DNA from: Oikopleura dioica
Taxonomy: Eukaryota > Animalia > Chordata
Length of the DNA: 64,000 nucleotides
Direction of reading: 5' to 3'
Assembly (NCBI GenBank): GCA_907165135.1
Contig: OU015569.1
Coordinates: forward strand, 7,998,001 to 8,062,000
Shown here: positions 12,726-26,832 of the stretch, piece after piece
Layout of the letters: each line of letters opens with the position of its first letter
How positions within the stretch are numbered: the first letter of the stretch is position 1
Position numbers and translations under genes: made by a program
The notes under the pieces: generated by a model
What the model saw: the letters and a program-made list of their open reading frames with translations, nothing else
The model's database searches: none
Told to the model about the DNA's origin: nothing

Positions 12726-14443
12726 TTGGGCTGCCTCGCTAGCCTCCCTGTGGCACTTGGTTCATCGACTAGCTCCTAATGAACCTGTTAGTATTTAGCT
12801 AGGCGAGGCCTGGGCAGGAGTTGTTTACGAGAGCGTTTCTAAAACTATTCTAGATAAGTGGTCGATCTCTCTCGTCAACCGCACAAAGAAAGAAACTCTC
12901 GAGAAAATGAGGGAAATAGAAGAAAGATCAGAATCGAGGAAGAAGTTCGACGAAATATAACCTATTGCCCCACACAGTTGACGATAGTTTTCCATGTCCA
13001 GCTGAGGATGCATCAGTCGGAGGGAATACTTGAGCAGCTCGCTAGAGTAGTCAAAGGTGAGACAGAAGTTGCCCCAAGGCGCCCCCGTGTGACTGGGCAT
13101 ATAGACGACGGTGTATTATCCACCACCAACTCCGAAAAGCAAACGAAACAACAATCTTTCCACGGGGCATACACTCTTTAGCCCCCATCCCCGCCTCAAC
13201 CTCGTGACTCTATCCGAAATAGATAGACTCGCAGTTATTTTTACGGTTTGAAGCGTCGTTTCAATTTATGGTTTATGTCATTAATTCCGTCTTTTCCCTT
13301 GAAGACTATAAACTTTCGGGCTCATATCTATTTCACTTTTGCTGATCCGAAAAGGGACCCCTGCTGCTCTCGTCTTTGACAGACAGTGATGTCCAGAATT
13401 GATTTCGGGCTGGTTGAGTTTCGGCTATTGTGATTTTGTCTGTCGGCGGAGGATTTCTTTCCTTTGTGTGCTCAATGCGGCCGAGGCGCTTTTAACCACT
13501 CGTGCTGAGTTGGTTTCTTCCACCAGAAAAATACGAACACGCGTTTTCTGCGTCGTGTCTAGAACCATCAAAATAAATGTCCAACTTTTCGACTTGTCGC
13601 CCACCCACTGCTTTTCTCCCAAGCTCACTTCCATAAGCGACAAGACAAAACTCACACTTTGAGAATTTTTTTACTTTTTCAACTTGGATGGGAACGTAAC
13701 GAAGCAGCTTTGAGTTCTGATAAAGGCTCGGAGCTGCGTTTTTTACTTTTCCCGCCAAGACAAGCCGCCTAAAACAAAGCTAAAAACTTGACTACGCCTG
13801 GACGTAAACTCTTTGTAAGAACGAGAGATTTTTTATTTCAAACTTGAAGCTGTTTATTTGAGAAATAATACTAAAAGAAAGCTGTTAGAGCTCTCTAAAA
13901 CGCACGAAGGGTAGAAATTAATTCAGTCACATGGTTCCATTGAATTGTAGACTAAATGCTTATAAATCAAAATAAATGTCGCGAAATGATACTTTCTAAT
14001 GTCTTGAGCCACGTTGAGCGCTCAATATTGTGATAGAATTATGGCGACGAGAGAGTGAAGCACGTTTGGCTATTCTGACTGTCAGAGTGCAGATTAGAGT
14101 CAGACGGGTGCGAGAAACATTGGCTCCGCGCCAGACGACCCTAGTGCTATTTCTTTCAAGTTCACTTCTCACGTCCGTTGTTAATCTCATTTACTCAGTA
14201 AAAATTTTAAGTAATCAGAAAATCTGTCCTGAAACAATTGTTTGAGTATATATTATGCAGCATAATTTATGCTTCCCCGATATCGTTTCTTTTCGTTTAT
14301 GGCCATTCTAGGAAACTGAAAAATTAGCAATCAGTTCAGGACGTCTTTTAGTCTCGACCCACTCTATGTCTGCTTCAACGACATAACCCATTAACATAAC
14401 AATATATGGTTCCTGTCGTCAGGAAATGTAACAATTTCTTCAG

Positions 14444-16591
14444 GCAATCGGCTGGAGACGAGCAAAAGTATACCGACAATTCTAGGCGATGGATCATCGA
14501 ACCTCAGAAATTGCAGCCGCTGTCGAACAATTAGCTACCCAGCCGCGAGAAACAACCCTCAGCAGGTATGATGCTCGAGAGCTAATAAACGCCCTAATTA
14601 AGAAGGGAGTAACAGAAGTGATTTAGACGCAAAGTAATTATACAGTTGATCTGTACGCAGCCAGACGAACACGACGTGTGCTAATAGAACGATGGAAAAT
14701 GACTTTAAAACAAGAGCCGGCGCAGGACGCCGCAGCTACACCCTCATCAATTCAACTTCGACAAAGCGTTTTCTACCAGGCCCTCAAAAGCAGCCTTCAT
14801 TTTTCAACCATCACAGCAATCCTCAAAACCGAGTTCAGAGTAACAATTCAATCTAGGTAAGGCATCGCCGCAATGAATTGTCTCGATTCAACCTTTTCCT
14901 CTAGCGAGCGATCAGGGGATTTCTTAGACCCTAACTCCCAATTTCAATTCTCGCCGAACGTCCAGAAACTTCCAGTTGCACCGCTAGATGGCGGGAAAGA
15001 ATTGCTTGTGTCCATAGAGTCTTTGCCGCGCACAACCGTGCCGGATATACTCTCCATTCTTTCTGCTTCGGCCGATCTACCTCATTTCGCTTCCACTTCG
15101 GATTGCTTTGGGCTTTCTCCTAAAAACCCTCCGCCGGCTACACCTGAGCCCATTCGACCAAACCATTCAATCCGCGCTTGTTCTTCCTCCTCATCTCGTA
15201 AGAAAGAGATTGATTTTCCTCGCTAACTCGATTATAGCGAAGACCGCCAAGTCAAGTCCTGCTCCTTCAAAAAGATTATCCGGGTTGCTGGACGACTCAG
15301 GATATGCTCATTCTTCGAACTTTTCAGCATTGGTAAGTAACGCCTTTTATTTCGTGAGTGACTGCATTTAACTTGCACGATTCCTTTAACTAAACACAGT
15401 TTTCTCTGTAGGACGATGACCTTTACTCACCCCCTTCCAAGATTACTCGACGAGAAATTTCCTCAACTACAGGCACAGTCAGGAATCTACTCACAAGTCC
15501 AGTAAGGGATCTATTTATAATCTCTTCCTTGATTTCATTTTTAGCCGATTGAAAGACAACTCAAATATCAACCTGAGGGACCTTTGCAATCGCGCAAATC
15601 ATTTAAGTTTCCAACTATCCGCAGAAATGTATCACGCTCGCTCCTTGTCAACTTCGAGGTAAATCAAGGAGCATACTTTCCGACATCTATTCCCTATTGA
15701 AGAGTTGGCATAACAGATAATAATCCTTCAGGAATCTATTTTACAAGAGCGTCTGCGATGTGTCGGAAATTTGGAAGGATTTTCAATCGATATTGGTGCG
15801 ATTGGAAGCTTCTGTCCAGCCCACCTGAGAAAGGTTTTTACCTTAATTTAAAATCATGTTTACATTTTTGTTTTAGAACCTATCTGTGCGGCATTTTGCA
15901 ACAGACGAGGACTCACTTGTAGCTCTACCTTCGCCTTACTTGGGGACAGTGAAGCTCTCGCGAAATATGAAACCTAAATCCGGCTACCAAATCCCTAAAT
16001 CTGGATACATTCAACTGGTAAGATAACTGCATTGATCAACAATTAGTCCTATAGTAACTATAAACGAATAGAGTACTAAAGATCTTCTTCAGACTTTGCT
16101 CAACCCAGAGGGCTCGGTCGTGCGCCTCTTCTCGATTTCTTACGACTTCAACGATATGCCTCCCTCCTCGCGAACATTTCTTCGACATCGCACCGTGCAC
16201 AAAGAAACAAAGAAACTACGATACCTCATCCAACTTAAGTGAGGCTATTGTCTATCAACAAAAAACTTAACGTCGGTATTTAGAGCACTAAGTTCCTTGA
16301 AGGGAACGCGATTTTACCTACATGGCGAAGTCAAGGTCGTCTTCTCAAACAGTTACAAAACTCAGGCACTTGGTGACGAAGAGTTCCAATCCTTAGTGGA
16401 GTATCCTTCTCCCAAAGTAAGTCGGTCTTGGACAAGCGAATTGCTATTATTCCTTTCAGTATTCGACCATTTCAAAGCCACCCTCAGTTCCATCGGTAGT
16501 ATCCTCCTCTGCTGCCGTCCAACGTGTCAAGAAAAATCTGACCTTTGAAGTGTCTTCCCCTGCATGTTCGGCTTCTCAGTTTGTGCCCTGA
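14444..16591 (+). CDS. ATOS (FAM214): Atos/FAM214 homolog, about 11 exons, 5' end uncertain
   Basis: Spliced product contains VLIERWKM..ALKSSLHFS..LVSIESLPR (N-terminal conserved block) and RSLLVNFEESIL..EGFSIDIGAIGSFCPAH..PSPYLG..GYQIPKSGYIQLTLLNPEGSVVRLF..YDFNDMPPSSRTFLRHR..LRYLIQL..FYLHGEVKVVFS, matching the FAM214 C-terminal domain. Introns are GT-AG; stop at 16589-16591. Confidence 0.88.
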
Positions 16592-17482
16592 ATTCAGAAA
16601 TTCCAGCGAAAGTTCATCAAGTCAGTTATATCATGTATTCGAATTATGCTATGCTGTTCTTTATGTAACGCCTCAAAAAGGTGATATTTTTTATCTAGAA
16701 ACCCATATCAGTTCCCGACTAAGTATCCAGTCACTGTTTTAGACTGTACTTTCACTAGCTACATTAAGTAGACCTATCCAGATGGATCAGCGCACTGGTT
16801 AAGGATGTATTACCCCATAATTTTCAGAGGTCCTTGCAATTATTCTCATATAAATTTCTCCATCTTCAAGTTTTTTGAATCCAGAACGTTAGTCTTTATC
16901 TCAACATTAGATATAGGCGCACTAATTTACTTTTCCCGGCGATTCTTTCTTTATGTTCGATAATCCCATCAAAACACCGCTATAAATTTCTTCTGGCTAA
17001 CGAATACGAAAAGAGCACCCGCTACCTCTTCTCAGTATTCACCCAAGTCGATCGTAATCGAAGTATCTTTCCTTACTAAAAATTTTTGATATGAAAACTC
17101 CAATAATAGATCAAACTGGTTTCCTGATGGCATAACCGGGCATAAAGCTTCCCATAAACCCTGCTTGATTCTCTTTCTGTTTCTCTTTTATTGTTACGCC
17201 GTCATAAACTTGCTTTCAATGGTCAAAGTATAACTCTTTTACTTTAAACGTAGCCAGAACTTTCAAGCTTACAAATTACAAGTTCTAATGGAACAATCAT
17301 GTACCAGTTCTTCTTTTCTTTTTCTTTACTTTACTTTCTTCGCCCAAGGTTGTGCATCGTGCACATCCAAAGGACTCACCATTCAAAGTATTCCCAACTT
17401 AATATTCTAATAAAACTCCTTTCATATATTCAAAATAGTATTCGCATGGGATATTTATTGCAGGGTTGAACTGTTCAGGCAT

Positions 17483-20400
17483 TTAGAAATTGCTAGCATT
17501 CTTGTTGAACTCAATGTGGGCACATTCATCAGGTTCGCGGCAGCGGAGCTCGTTTAGGATATCAGTCGTTATTCCTTGTTCATTAAAGACAAGTGGTCTT
17601 GCAATTATCCCTTTTATTCGTTCAAAAGTATACCTTGCAAAGTATTAATGCACATTAATTATGACTTGAATTTCAAAGGGAATCTTTTGAACTTTTCCTT
17701 GGAATCCATCGCCGCCGAAGACAAGTGAATGGTAGACCTCGTTTCCTTCACAGTCAATTTCAAATTGAGAATTAGACCCATCTGATCGAGAAATTTCGAC
17801 GACTGTATGACTTCGCGAGGTTCGTCGGATAAGGACGACGTGCTCGATGTCATCGTTTATTGAAAATGAGCTTACTTCTCGAGATGAACAGCCAGATACT
17901 TCAGCAAAATCAGAATTGATAGAGAGTTGTACTGGTCCGAATCGGGCAACTGAACCGACTGAATTCTCGCTCTAAATTTTCTTGTTTACAAAAGATGCAT
18001 AAAATAGGTGGTGGTTTAAACTTTGAAGTTCGTATGTGCGATAAGAACTTCGGGTGGCCTAAACTTTAATCGTTCCTATGTGTGACTCTTTGAGAAAGTG
18101 GCCTAAACTTTGAATTTCCCCGGAGGCGCTTCTGCCATCGGTGACTAGAGCACTGCCTGCTAAGGCCACTACGCTTTAAGCAGACCAATTAGGTTTACGG
18201 TTTTCATTCAAGGTGATGACACATGGAACTAGTCAGAGCGCCTCAGGGGAAATTCAAAGTTTAGACCACTTTCACACAGAGGAAGAATCAAAGTTTAGGC
18301 CACTTTCTCAAAGAATCGCACATGGGAACGATCAAAGTTTAGGCCACACGAAGTTCTTATCGCACGTAAGAACTTCAAAGTTTAGACCACCACCTATTTT
18401 ATTGAATGCTCACGTGGAATGAAAACGTTAGTTGATCTTCTTTGTTGAAACGTTCTACTTCGAAGTGCATTATATCTTCCGCTTCCAAGTGGAAGTTATA
18501 ACGGTCTGCTGTGTCTCTATGTCGGTGAATGCCAACACCGTCAATTGTGTTGTATACTTCAGCGTTCCTATTAATTATTGCGTTTACACCAAATACAAGC
18601 TAAAAATCAATCAAACTTACAGTGAATCGTCGTTGATATTAATTAATCGCAAACAAGCAGCCAGTGAGCGTTCCGGTGCCGAGAAAGAATCAAGTTCAGA
18701 CTCAATCCACGAAGGTATTCTCAAGTGATGACCTCCAAAAATCAATGGTGACTCGCCGAGACTGTCCGATAGAATTTTCCAAGTAACTTGTGAAATTTCT
18801 TGAGTGACAATGTCGCTATTCGTCTTCCCGTCTTCATCAGCTTTTGCATAAACCACAGCGTAGAATTTATCTAGATAAAATAAGATAATGGTGCGATAGT
18901 TTCACTTGCCTTTCCCTTTTCTGTAAATTCCGAAGTAAAGCCTAAGGTATGAGTCGTCAGTTTGAGGTCCAGCGATGTCTTCCACAACGACAGTATCTTC
19001 ATCCCAGTTAGGTCGGAACGAGAAGCGGAAAAGATTCCCGAACTTTTCTAGTGCCAAATATGAACCGAGATCTTCATTGTAAATAAGAGTAACAAGTGCT
19101 GTTTGAGTTGGTGCATTTTGGATGAAGTCCACTTGCACTTGGAGACGCTGATTGTAAATCATTTGCAAGTTAGACGCGTCAATTTGGAAGTAACTCTCGT
19201 CGCCATCGAGGCACACGCAAGTGTCAATAGCATGGTGCTGACTCTTTCCGAAGCCGTCGACTTCTTCAACACTATTGCTGAAGATGTTGTAGCAAGTGGC
19301 TATCAAGATTGACAAATATTTTTCAAGCTTTGGTCCACCTTATCACTTACCAGTCCTGGTTTAATCATATGTTCAATAATTGTATTCGGATACCCTATTC
19401 AATTGTCAATCTGTGCCTGTGTGAATGATTGGCTCATTAACAACCAACTCATGATTTGTATCGACGTCTAGAATGGTCGAGTCGTAAAGTCCAACTGCAA
19501 GACCATTGACCATCGGATTTGAAACAGCAAATAAGTTGTCCCGGCCACTGTATCCTCCTCCAAAAGTCATTTCGTAATCATCGTGATCTGAGTCAATGTG
19601 CCAATGGCGTGAACTTGCGTCCAACTGTTTATACGCAACATTCGCTTTGGGATCACAGGGATTTGCAGCACCTCCATCCTCACGCTCTAGATCAAGATTG
19701 TTTCCAAGATCATCACAGTTTAGAACGTAGAATTGCAAAAACATGGCAGATCCAGAAGATGAAATTTTTACACGAGTCCATATGTTTCTAATGAGAGGAT
19801 TGCCAGTGGAAAGCACGATCGCTTCGTCAAACTCCACGAGCTTTGCAAATAGCTCACCACGTCGAGTTTCCACAATAAGTTGAGACCCGTCTCCATCTTT
19901 TAGAGTCAAAATGTTGTTTGAAAGAGAATCAAGCTTTAGGTTGAATTCCAGCTCGAATTGATGGTGTCCGTCAAATGGAGGTGGATCGTTGATCTAAAAA
20001 ATGAAATAAAAACGTTCGATTGAGATAAATGATACTTCAACAGACTGCTTTCCAGAGAATTTCATTGAGTTCATATTATCGTCAAATCGACTCAAAAGAC
20101 CTCTTGAAGAGTCGACCAAATGTTCCAAGTACTTTAACTCCTCCTCAAAGTCATCCTTCGCCTTCAGATATTTTTCGAAGTCGGCAACAATGTTATCCTC
20201 TTCATTTTCATTAACCAGGTTTTCTGTCTAGATTCAGATTATTGCTGAGTAAACGATGTTAAAGAGTATTACCAGGGGGAGATCATTAAATTTTAGGCCT
20301 GGCAGTTGTTCGTCTTCTGCAATCTTTATGATTTCATTCATGTAGTCGATTATATTATCTGGTTCAGTATCAAGATCGAATCTATTTGCAAAGTCAATAA

Positions 20401-23400
20401 CATCTTCCATGTTATCACGCGCCGCTCTTATTTCTTTGGCTGGTTCCAGAACTCCTTCGAGAATGTCTGCCTCAGCTTTTTCTGGTGATAGCTGTTTAGG
20501 CAAGTGCGACGATCCAGGCATGAGATCAGAAAATGTTTGTTCAAAGTATTCAAGCTCTCTATCAACAGAAAATTCGACTTTTCCAGAGCAAATGTCTTCT
20601 CCAATTTTATTCGCTTGGCGCGTAGCTTCCGTCCATTCAGGCCCGGTGAACCTAGGATCATTAAGATCATAACGAAGATCCTCAAGGGTTCTTTCAGTTT
20701 CTACAATATCCTCTGCACCGCTACGAATATGGAAATCTGCGTCTCCTATAAAGCAGTGAAACTGTTGCTCCTGATCTTCGCCAAGCAAATCAACCAGAAC
20801 TCCATCACAACTTTCGTAATTCCGGATGCCAGACCCAAGTGATACTGGCGTTACATCTTCACAATAGACATTATTTACGTCAGCCCAGCAATCTGATTGT
20901 AAAAACTGCTGGAATTGTTCATCCAGCTTTGCTAATTTCGCTCGAACTTCATCCATAGCCCAAGTGAATTTTATGCACAGAGGTTCATACAGATTCTCAT
21001 CTCCCAAATTCGGGATTTGGAGCTCGCCAAAGTCGATGTTTTCACACATCCACTGCCGTTCTAGCTCTTCGAGTTTCTGCAGATAATCATTTTGGAGCGC
21101 TTTAAATGATTCCAAATTAATGTCTTTGAGCAAGATTTCAGCTTCATCGAGTTCTTTGACGTATTTCCGGAGAGCTTCCAGAGCAGCTTCAGCGTCATCC
21201 ATGTTCGCGCTAATCTCAGCCCATTGTTCACTCGCTTTAGAAATATGTTCATCGTTTTCAATCGCGCCCAGAACATGTTCAAGTCCTTCCATTGCAATTT
21301 CTGACTTAAAGCTTGCCTCGTTTACCGACAAGTCGATGGACCCGATGAAATCTGTCAGGTTTAAATATGTTTCCATAATCACGTCGACGCAGCGTGCCTG
21401 ATCAGCGAGCCAGCCATAACGCGGCCACTGCCAATCGTATTGAATGACGTCGGTGAAGTCTTCGTCGCTTACGCCCTCGAAAAACTCCCGATAAGTTGGT
21501 GCAGGATGGATGATAGAGGCGGGGTCGCGGTCAGGCCGATGCACAATGTGCCGTCGCTCTCGATGGTGGGAAAGTTCGGTACATAAGAAAGATCCCTCAC
21601 TGAAATAAAGTTGAACTTTGTTTTTGAGTTGAAATACTTACACATCGCAGCGAACAAGTCCGATTTGCATTTTTCCCTCGACCTTTTTCACCGCCAAACA
21701 GCCATTGGTGGCGGCCCGATCTTCTGATAACTTGATGTCGTGAGCAATTGTTCCATCAACCCATTGCCATTTTTCCTCCGTGTCGCCGCCCTTAGATTTG
21801 AGTCCAATCCAAGCCGAAGCGATCTTTGAATTTTGTTTGAATACATCCAGAAGGGCTTCATCCTGTTTTTCGGTAGCAACTACTGCTAGAACACGACGTT
21901 TTTCTCGGCATCCTTTCACGGCCTGAGCGTATGTCGCTCCTCCTCCAACGATGGATTGAATGTAGTATCTGTGCTTACCCTCTCCCGTCTTTCCAAGACA
22001 AACATAATGCGACAGCTTGGAATCGCAATTTTGAGTTATCCATCCTGTAGCAGTGGCAGCAACGCATCTTTTATCAGGATTAGCCGCTGGCTGATCATTT
22101 GCCCAACCATCTTTCCACGGGCTGATAACGTTTCGCGCTTCCCACGTCCAAGGAACTGGGTAAATGCCAAATTTCAATCCGAGAAATACCGGCCCGTCGA
22201 CTTCTTTGTCACTAATCTTCTCCACTAGCGCATTAAGATTTGCGGTGTTTTTAATCACGGCAAGAATTTTTCCATCTTTTGAGCAATGAGCCGAAGCTTC
22301 TTTAAAACCGTCGACGGTTCTAGACAAATCACCGGTCACCGTGTTGCCGTTCTCGAATTCAATGAAGAACTGGTCCTTCGTGTTGGAACTCTTTCTTGAT
22401 TCCAAGTTATCAAACTCGATGATGAAATCGGACTCTTCCAGCCAATCTACCTCCGGAAAAAATCCCGATCAGCAAGTGGTGCCTTTGAGAACCCAGCTGA
22501 TCCTCTGAATTCAACGGGCACGAATTCAAAGTCAGACTCTGAATAGCGGTCGATAGTTTTCACTCCTGTGCCATCGCTGAACCAACATGTTCCTTCTTCG
22601 GAGGCTCTTCCAAAACGGTCCAGAACGACTTTAAGTAGATCTGAGGTGTGTTCAGCTTCAATTTTCGAATCTTCTAGGATTGTTGACCAGAGATCTTTGA
22701 AGTCATTTTCTTTCTCCTTAAAATATTATGTTTAATAAAAAGTCTTGATATCTTAAACATACAAAAAGCTTGGCGACAGTCGTTTCTAAACGTTGAATCT
22801 GAGACGGGTGAACTTCCTCGTGAAGACTAGATTTTACAGTGTCCATCTCGTCTTCTAACTCTTGAAGAACATCTTGGACACTTTGGAATTGAACTTCGAG
22901 CTTTGCAAGTGTTGAATCGATTTGAGCCTGCATTTGATCGTTGATTTGGCGCGAGCGGATAAACTGGCTTCGCGACGCGGAGCTCATTGATGCCACTAAA
23001 GTCAAAACTGTCTGCAAAAGGGATGGAAAGCCGCTTCCAAGCGGATTTCTCACTAATAATTTCACCGACTAAAGAAGCCTCCTTGCGTAATTGCGACTCT
23101 CGCTATCAAAGGCGAGCGCACACAATTAACACACATTAACTCATATGCGCGCTTGACAAGCCAGACATTTTGGAATTAATGGAGTCAAAAAATATTGTTG
23201 GTTACGTAAGAAAAGACATATGCTTACATCCCTTTTCTTGACTGGTTGAAGTTTCACATTGTACTTTTCTTTGATTGCCTCAAACTTATCGACGAAATTT
23301 TTTGTGATTTTGGCAAGTACTTGTTGCTGATCTGGCTCTTCCATTCGTGTTGATCGTGTTAAAAAATCTTGCAGCGCAGATTTTGAATCGCTTATTTGAT

Positions 23401-25816
23401 TCTTGAGAATCTCTGTATATGGGTTTTCAACTTATATTTTCAAATAAATAGCACGAAATTAATCAAGTTCATGAAACCAAAACTTCCGGCGTTAGCTCAG
23501 AGCATCGACCTTCATCTGTGTGGCGTGAGTTTGCCCAGGCAAAATCAAGTAGTAAGCCGCTTGTCTCTGAAGGGATCGTGAGTTGGACGCGTACCCGACG
23601 AGAACATGTTGCCAGCGACGAGTCCGAGATGAACCTTCTTTAGATGGTTTTAACAAAATGACGCGAAATTTCCAGAATAGAAACCAGTCAGAAGACTCGT
23701 CATTTCATTTTTACTGTCAAACCGGTTTCCTATGTATGTGATCGCCAGTTTCTAGATTTGTAAAAGTGGCAAAGCCGCCTAAGTCCTCTAATGTCTTTAG
23801 ATTTTTCACATTTAGTCTAATTGATGATTGACGACTCGATGTTGATCTATTATCGAGAATAAACGAGCACTTCTGGAGCTTGCGCACAAAATTAGGCTTT
23901 TCAGGGACAGGAAACAGTCGGTCGCATTGGAATTAATTTATCTTGCAAAGTGACATTTTGAAAATCCGATATTCTCCTGCCCCAGCCTTAATGCTGACAA
24001 TACCGCAGGAATCAGAAAGAATGAGGCCAGCAGGACAGTCATACGAGTAATCTTGACATACTTCTTCCACAAAAACATTGTCCGGTTTTTTATCTTCTTG
24101 CTCGACGAAAGCTTCGGGTCTTGAGTCACAGTTCTCCCCTGAGTAGCCATCTTTGCAAATGCACTGGCCCATCGTATCGCACTCAGCGGTTCCCTTCTCA
24201 TCGCATTGGCAAGGGATACATTCGTTCAATGTATTTCCATTCGCGAAGTAGAATCCGCTCTTGCAAACATCACACTTGTCGCCTTCTCTGTTTCCGGTAC
24301 ATCTAACACATGAGACTTTGTCTTCCTCGTCATTATAGACGCATTGATTGCTAAACCCAGAGCACTGACACTTTGGACAGTCGCCTTTATATATCTCGTT
24401 CAGAAATCCCTCGCAAAACTGACACTCTGCTCCATATCTACCGCCATTGCACTTTTCGCATTTAAGTTTTTCGCCACTTTCCATCATGCAGGAATTAGCT
24501 TAAAATTATGTTTTTCTTACGTCGGTCTTTCGCCGTCGATAAAAAAGAATCTCTTGTACGTACAGAATCCATGACAATCGCATCTTCCGAAGAGCGCTAG
24601 TCGCCGGAGCGAGTAAAATGCGTTGTTCACAGTCGTGTAGTCGTCTTTGAGCAGTTCTTGGAAAACAAGTCGCAGCTTTCTGCCTTTGATGAAAGCAGAC
24701 AATTTGTCGGACGTTGCCAAGCTGAATTGACTCGGTCTACGAGAAAGAAAGTTCACGTAAACTTCCCCGTTTGCTCTTGCAGGCTCGTTTTGACAGATCT
24801 CCTGCACGTCTTAATGCAAATGTATTAATAATGCTCTACAGAAACTTTCTGCGAAGCATTGACTTACCTGAAATTTGAAGTTGTGTTGCATCGCACTCGC
24901 CGTCAAAGTTGACGCGTGCCAGACGTTTGACGTCACCCGAGCTCTCTTCCAACTCTTGATTACATGTTAAGTACATCACATAGATATTATCCAATATCTG
25001 TGCTCTCAGATGAACCAGAATGGTTTGCGAATATAAGCAACATAACTGCACTAACCAATTGTCAGCTTCTTGGGCGTTATTCCTGGTCCAAGTTGAAGAT
25101 AGAGTCCACTCAACTGATAATCAGCCTGTAAGTTCACGGTCACTGAAGCCTTCGCTTTCGCCTGCGTGTTCTGGATAGCTGACGCCCAGAACTTGCGTGA
25201 AGGAAGAAGCACTTCACTGATATCGTGGCCTGGCGAATCCGACGAGCATTGGAAGCACGCACCATCGGAGCCGCATAAACGAGGGAATTTTTTTCCAACT
25301 CCGCACCATGAGTCCGCCGTAACAGTTGTCGCATCTTGAAATGAAAAAAGCTGCTGCTTCAGCGTTTAAACTTCTTTACTTACAGGAGGAATTGGCGATA
25401 TTAACAGCAGCTGGCACGCGACCGTGGTCCCCGAGTCGCGGGAAATCCAAAACTCATCCCAGATCAGCGCGATTCAAAGTAAAACGTATCTCCTTTTTAT
25501 ACATTTACTTTATATTCATTTTATCTTTCTGTTAGTCCAAATATACAGAAATAGATAGCAACCCCAACTACTCTAGGCTTTCATTCGCGAGATCCATTCC
25601 TTTTATGTTTTCATCAGCAATCAATTGATCCTCCAAAATCTCTTCCAGCGCATTGAATTCGAAGTTTTGCCAACTTGTCGCCGTCGTTTGGCCTTTTCCA
25701 GATTACAGAATCTTCCTCAATTATGATTCAAAGAAAATGAACTTCGTTGATAAATCTCTTGATTATTCAGTAATCCTAACAAGAAGAAACAAGAATGAGG
25801 ATGGAAAAACCCTCAT
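17483..25816 (-). CDS. Large secreted laminin-alpha-like chimera: LN domain, 3 LE repeats, coiled coil, 2 C-type lectin domains, helical region, several LamG-like domains
   Basis: Candidate signal MRVFPSSFLFLLV (ATG 25816). LN motifs VTADSWCG and GEVYVNFLSRRP..LRLVFQ..FYSLRRLALFGRCDCHG. LE repeats in ORF 23933-24487, heptad exons at 22.7-23.4 kb, tandem CTLDs in ORF 21638-22405 (AWIGL..WQWVDG), a 436-aa helical ORF, then SMKFSG and LamG-like strands at 17.5-20.0 kb. Several junctions are unresolved, so two genes cannot be excluded. Confidence 0.7.
18007..18394. mobile_element. Non-autonomous MITE with long TIRs built of GTGGCCTAAACTTTGA subrepeats; TA target duplication (Tc1/mariner-like)
   Basis: The left arm GGTGGTGGTTTAAACTTTGAAGTTC.. 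is the near-perfect reverse complement of the right arm ..GAACTTCAAAGTTTAGACCACCACC over more than 110 bp. Flanked by AAAA-TA and TA-TTTT. Intronic in the laminin-like gene. Confidence 0.85.
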
Positions 25817-26832
25817 TCTAGCAAAAAAGAAAACAGGAAAACTAACACTGCGCGGGAAAATCAATCAAAAAGTCCAGCGAGGGAAGAATTTAATGGATCA
25901 TAAATATTAGAGTGGGAATTTACAATTCCGGGCCTATAAAAACCCGATCAGCTGCGAGTTATGCTGTGGACGGAGAAACCATAATCCAGTTTAATTACCT
26001 ACCGATGAACTTATGATTGGCTTACAAAAATTGTACATTCTAGACATTTCAAGACCTCATTTTAGGAGTTTTTCTGGATGATCGAGTTGTCAAGGACTTC
26101 ACGTATTCATTGTGAAAGAAGTCTTTTGTCATTGGGATAGAATTATGGTTCCCACGTGTTTTCGGTAAGATGTGCTTCATTCTAAATTCACCTTTTATCA
26201 AATTATCATGCATCGGTCAATACATGTCTTAGGCGTAATGGATTTTTTCATGCATGCGAATAGCATAAATGCATCTTTAGCAAACTACAGAGAAGTAATA
26301 ATTGCCATTAGTCTGTAGCGCCATCGCGTTAGCGCAACTCGCCTCGGGCGCTCTCCGAATCAGCTCGAAGACTTTTCCTTCAGAAAAAAGGTATTTATAC
26401 ATTTTCAAGATCGATCTGGCCAAGAAAGCCTAGAAGTAGCTGTTAATTGCCAAATGAATATCTGGAAATGACGAATCTCTACGAAGAGGCAATCATAGAG
26501 AAAATACGAACGACATCTGAGCCCGATTACTTTCAGCTCACCACAGGACAGGCGTAAGTTCATCAATGTTTTTGCTTTATTACACCTCCTTGATTTCAAT
26601 CGTCAATTTTCGTTCGTTCATTAAATGCACGCCACACTCGATAACTCTTGACAGCCGTCTGTGAGCATCTCAGTCTCTTTGGTGAAACTGATATATTTGC
26701 ATGTAAATTATTTTGGAAATATTTTGAAAAAAAGCTATCCATTGATAAATTCTAGCAGGATTTTAGCAGATTTCAAGAAAGGAACTTTTCAAAAAGGTAT
26801 TCAAAAGGAAAACGGCGCGTTTCCAATTTGAA

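Noticed and set aside
17999-18402. CRISPR-like array (iterated GTGGCCTAAACTTTG units)
   Set aside because: Units lie in two inverted arms with mirrored spacers, which is a MITE TIR; eukaryotic context and no cas genes.
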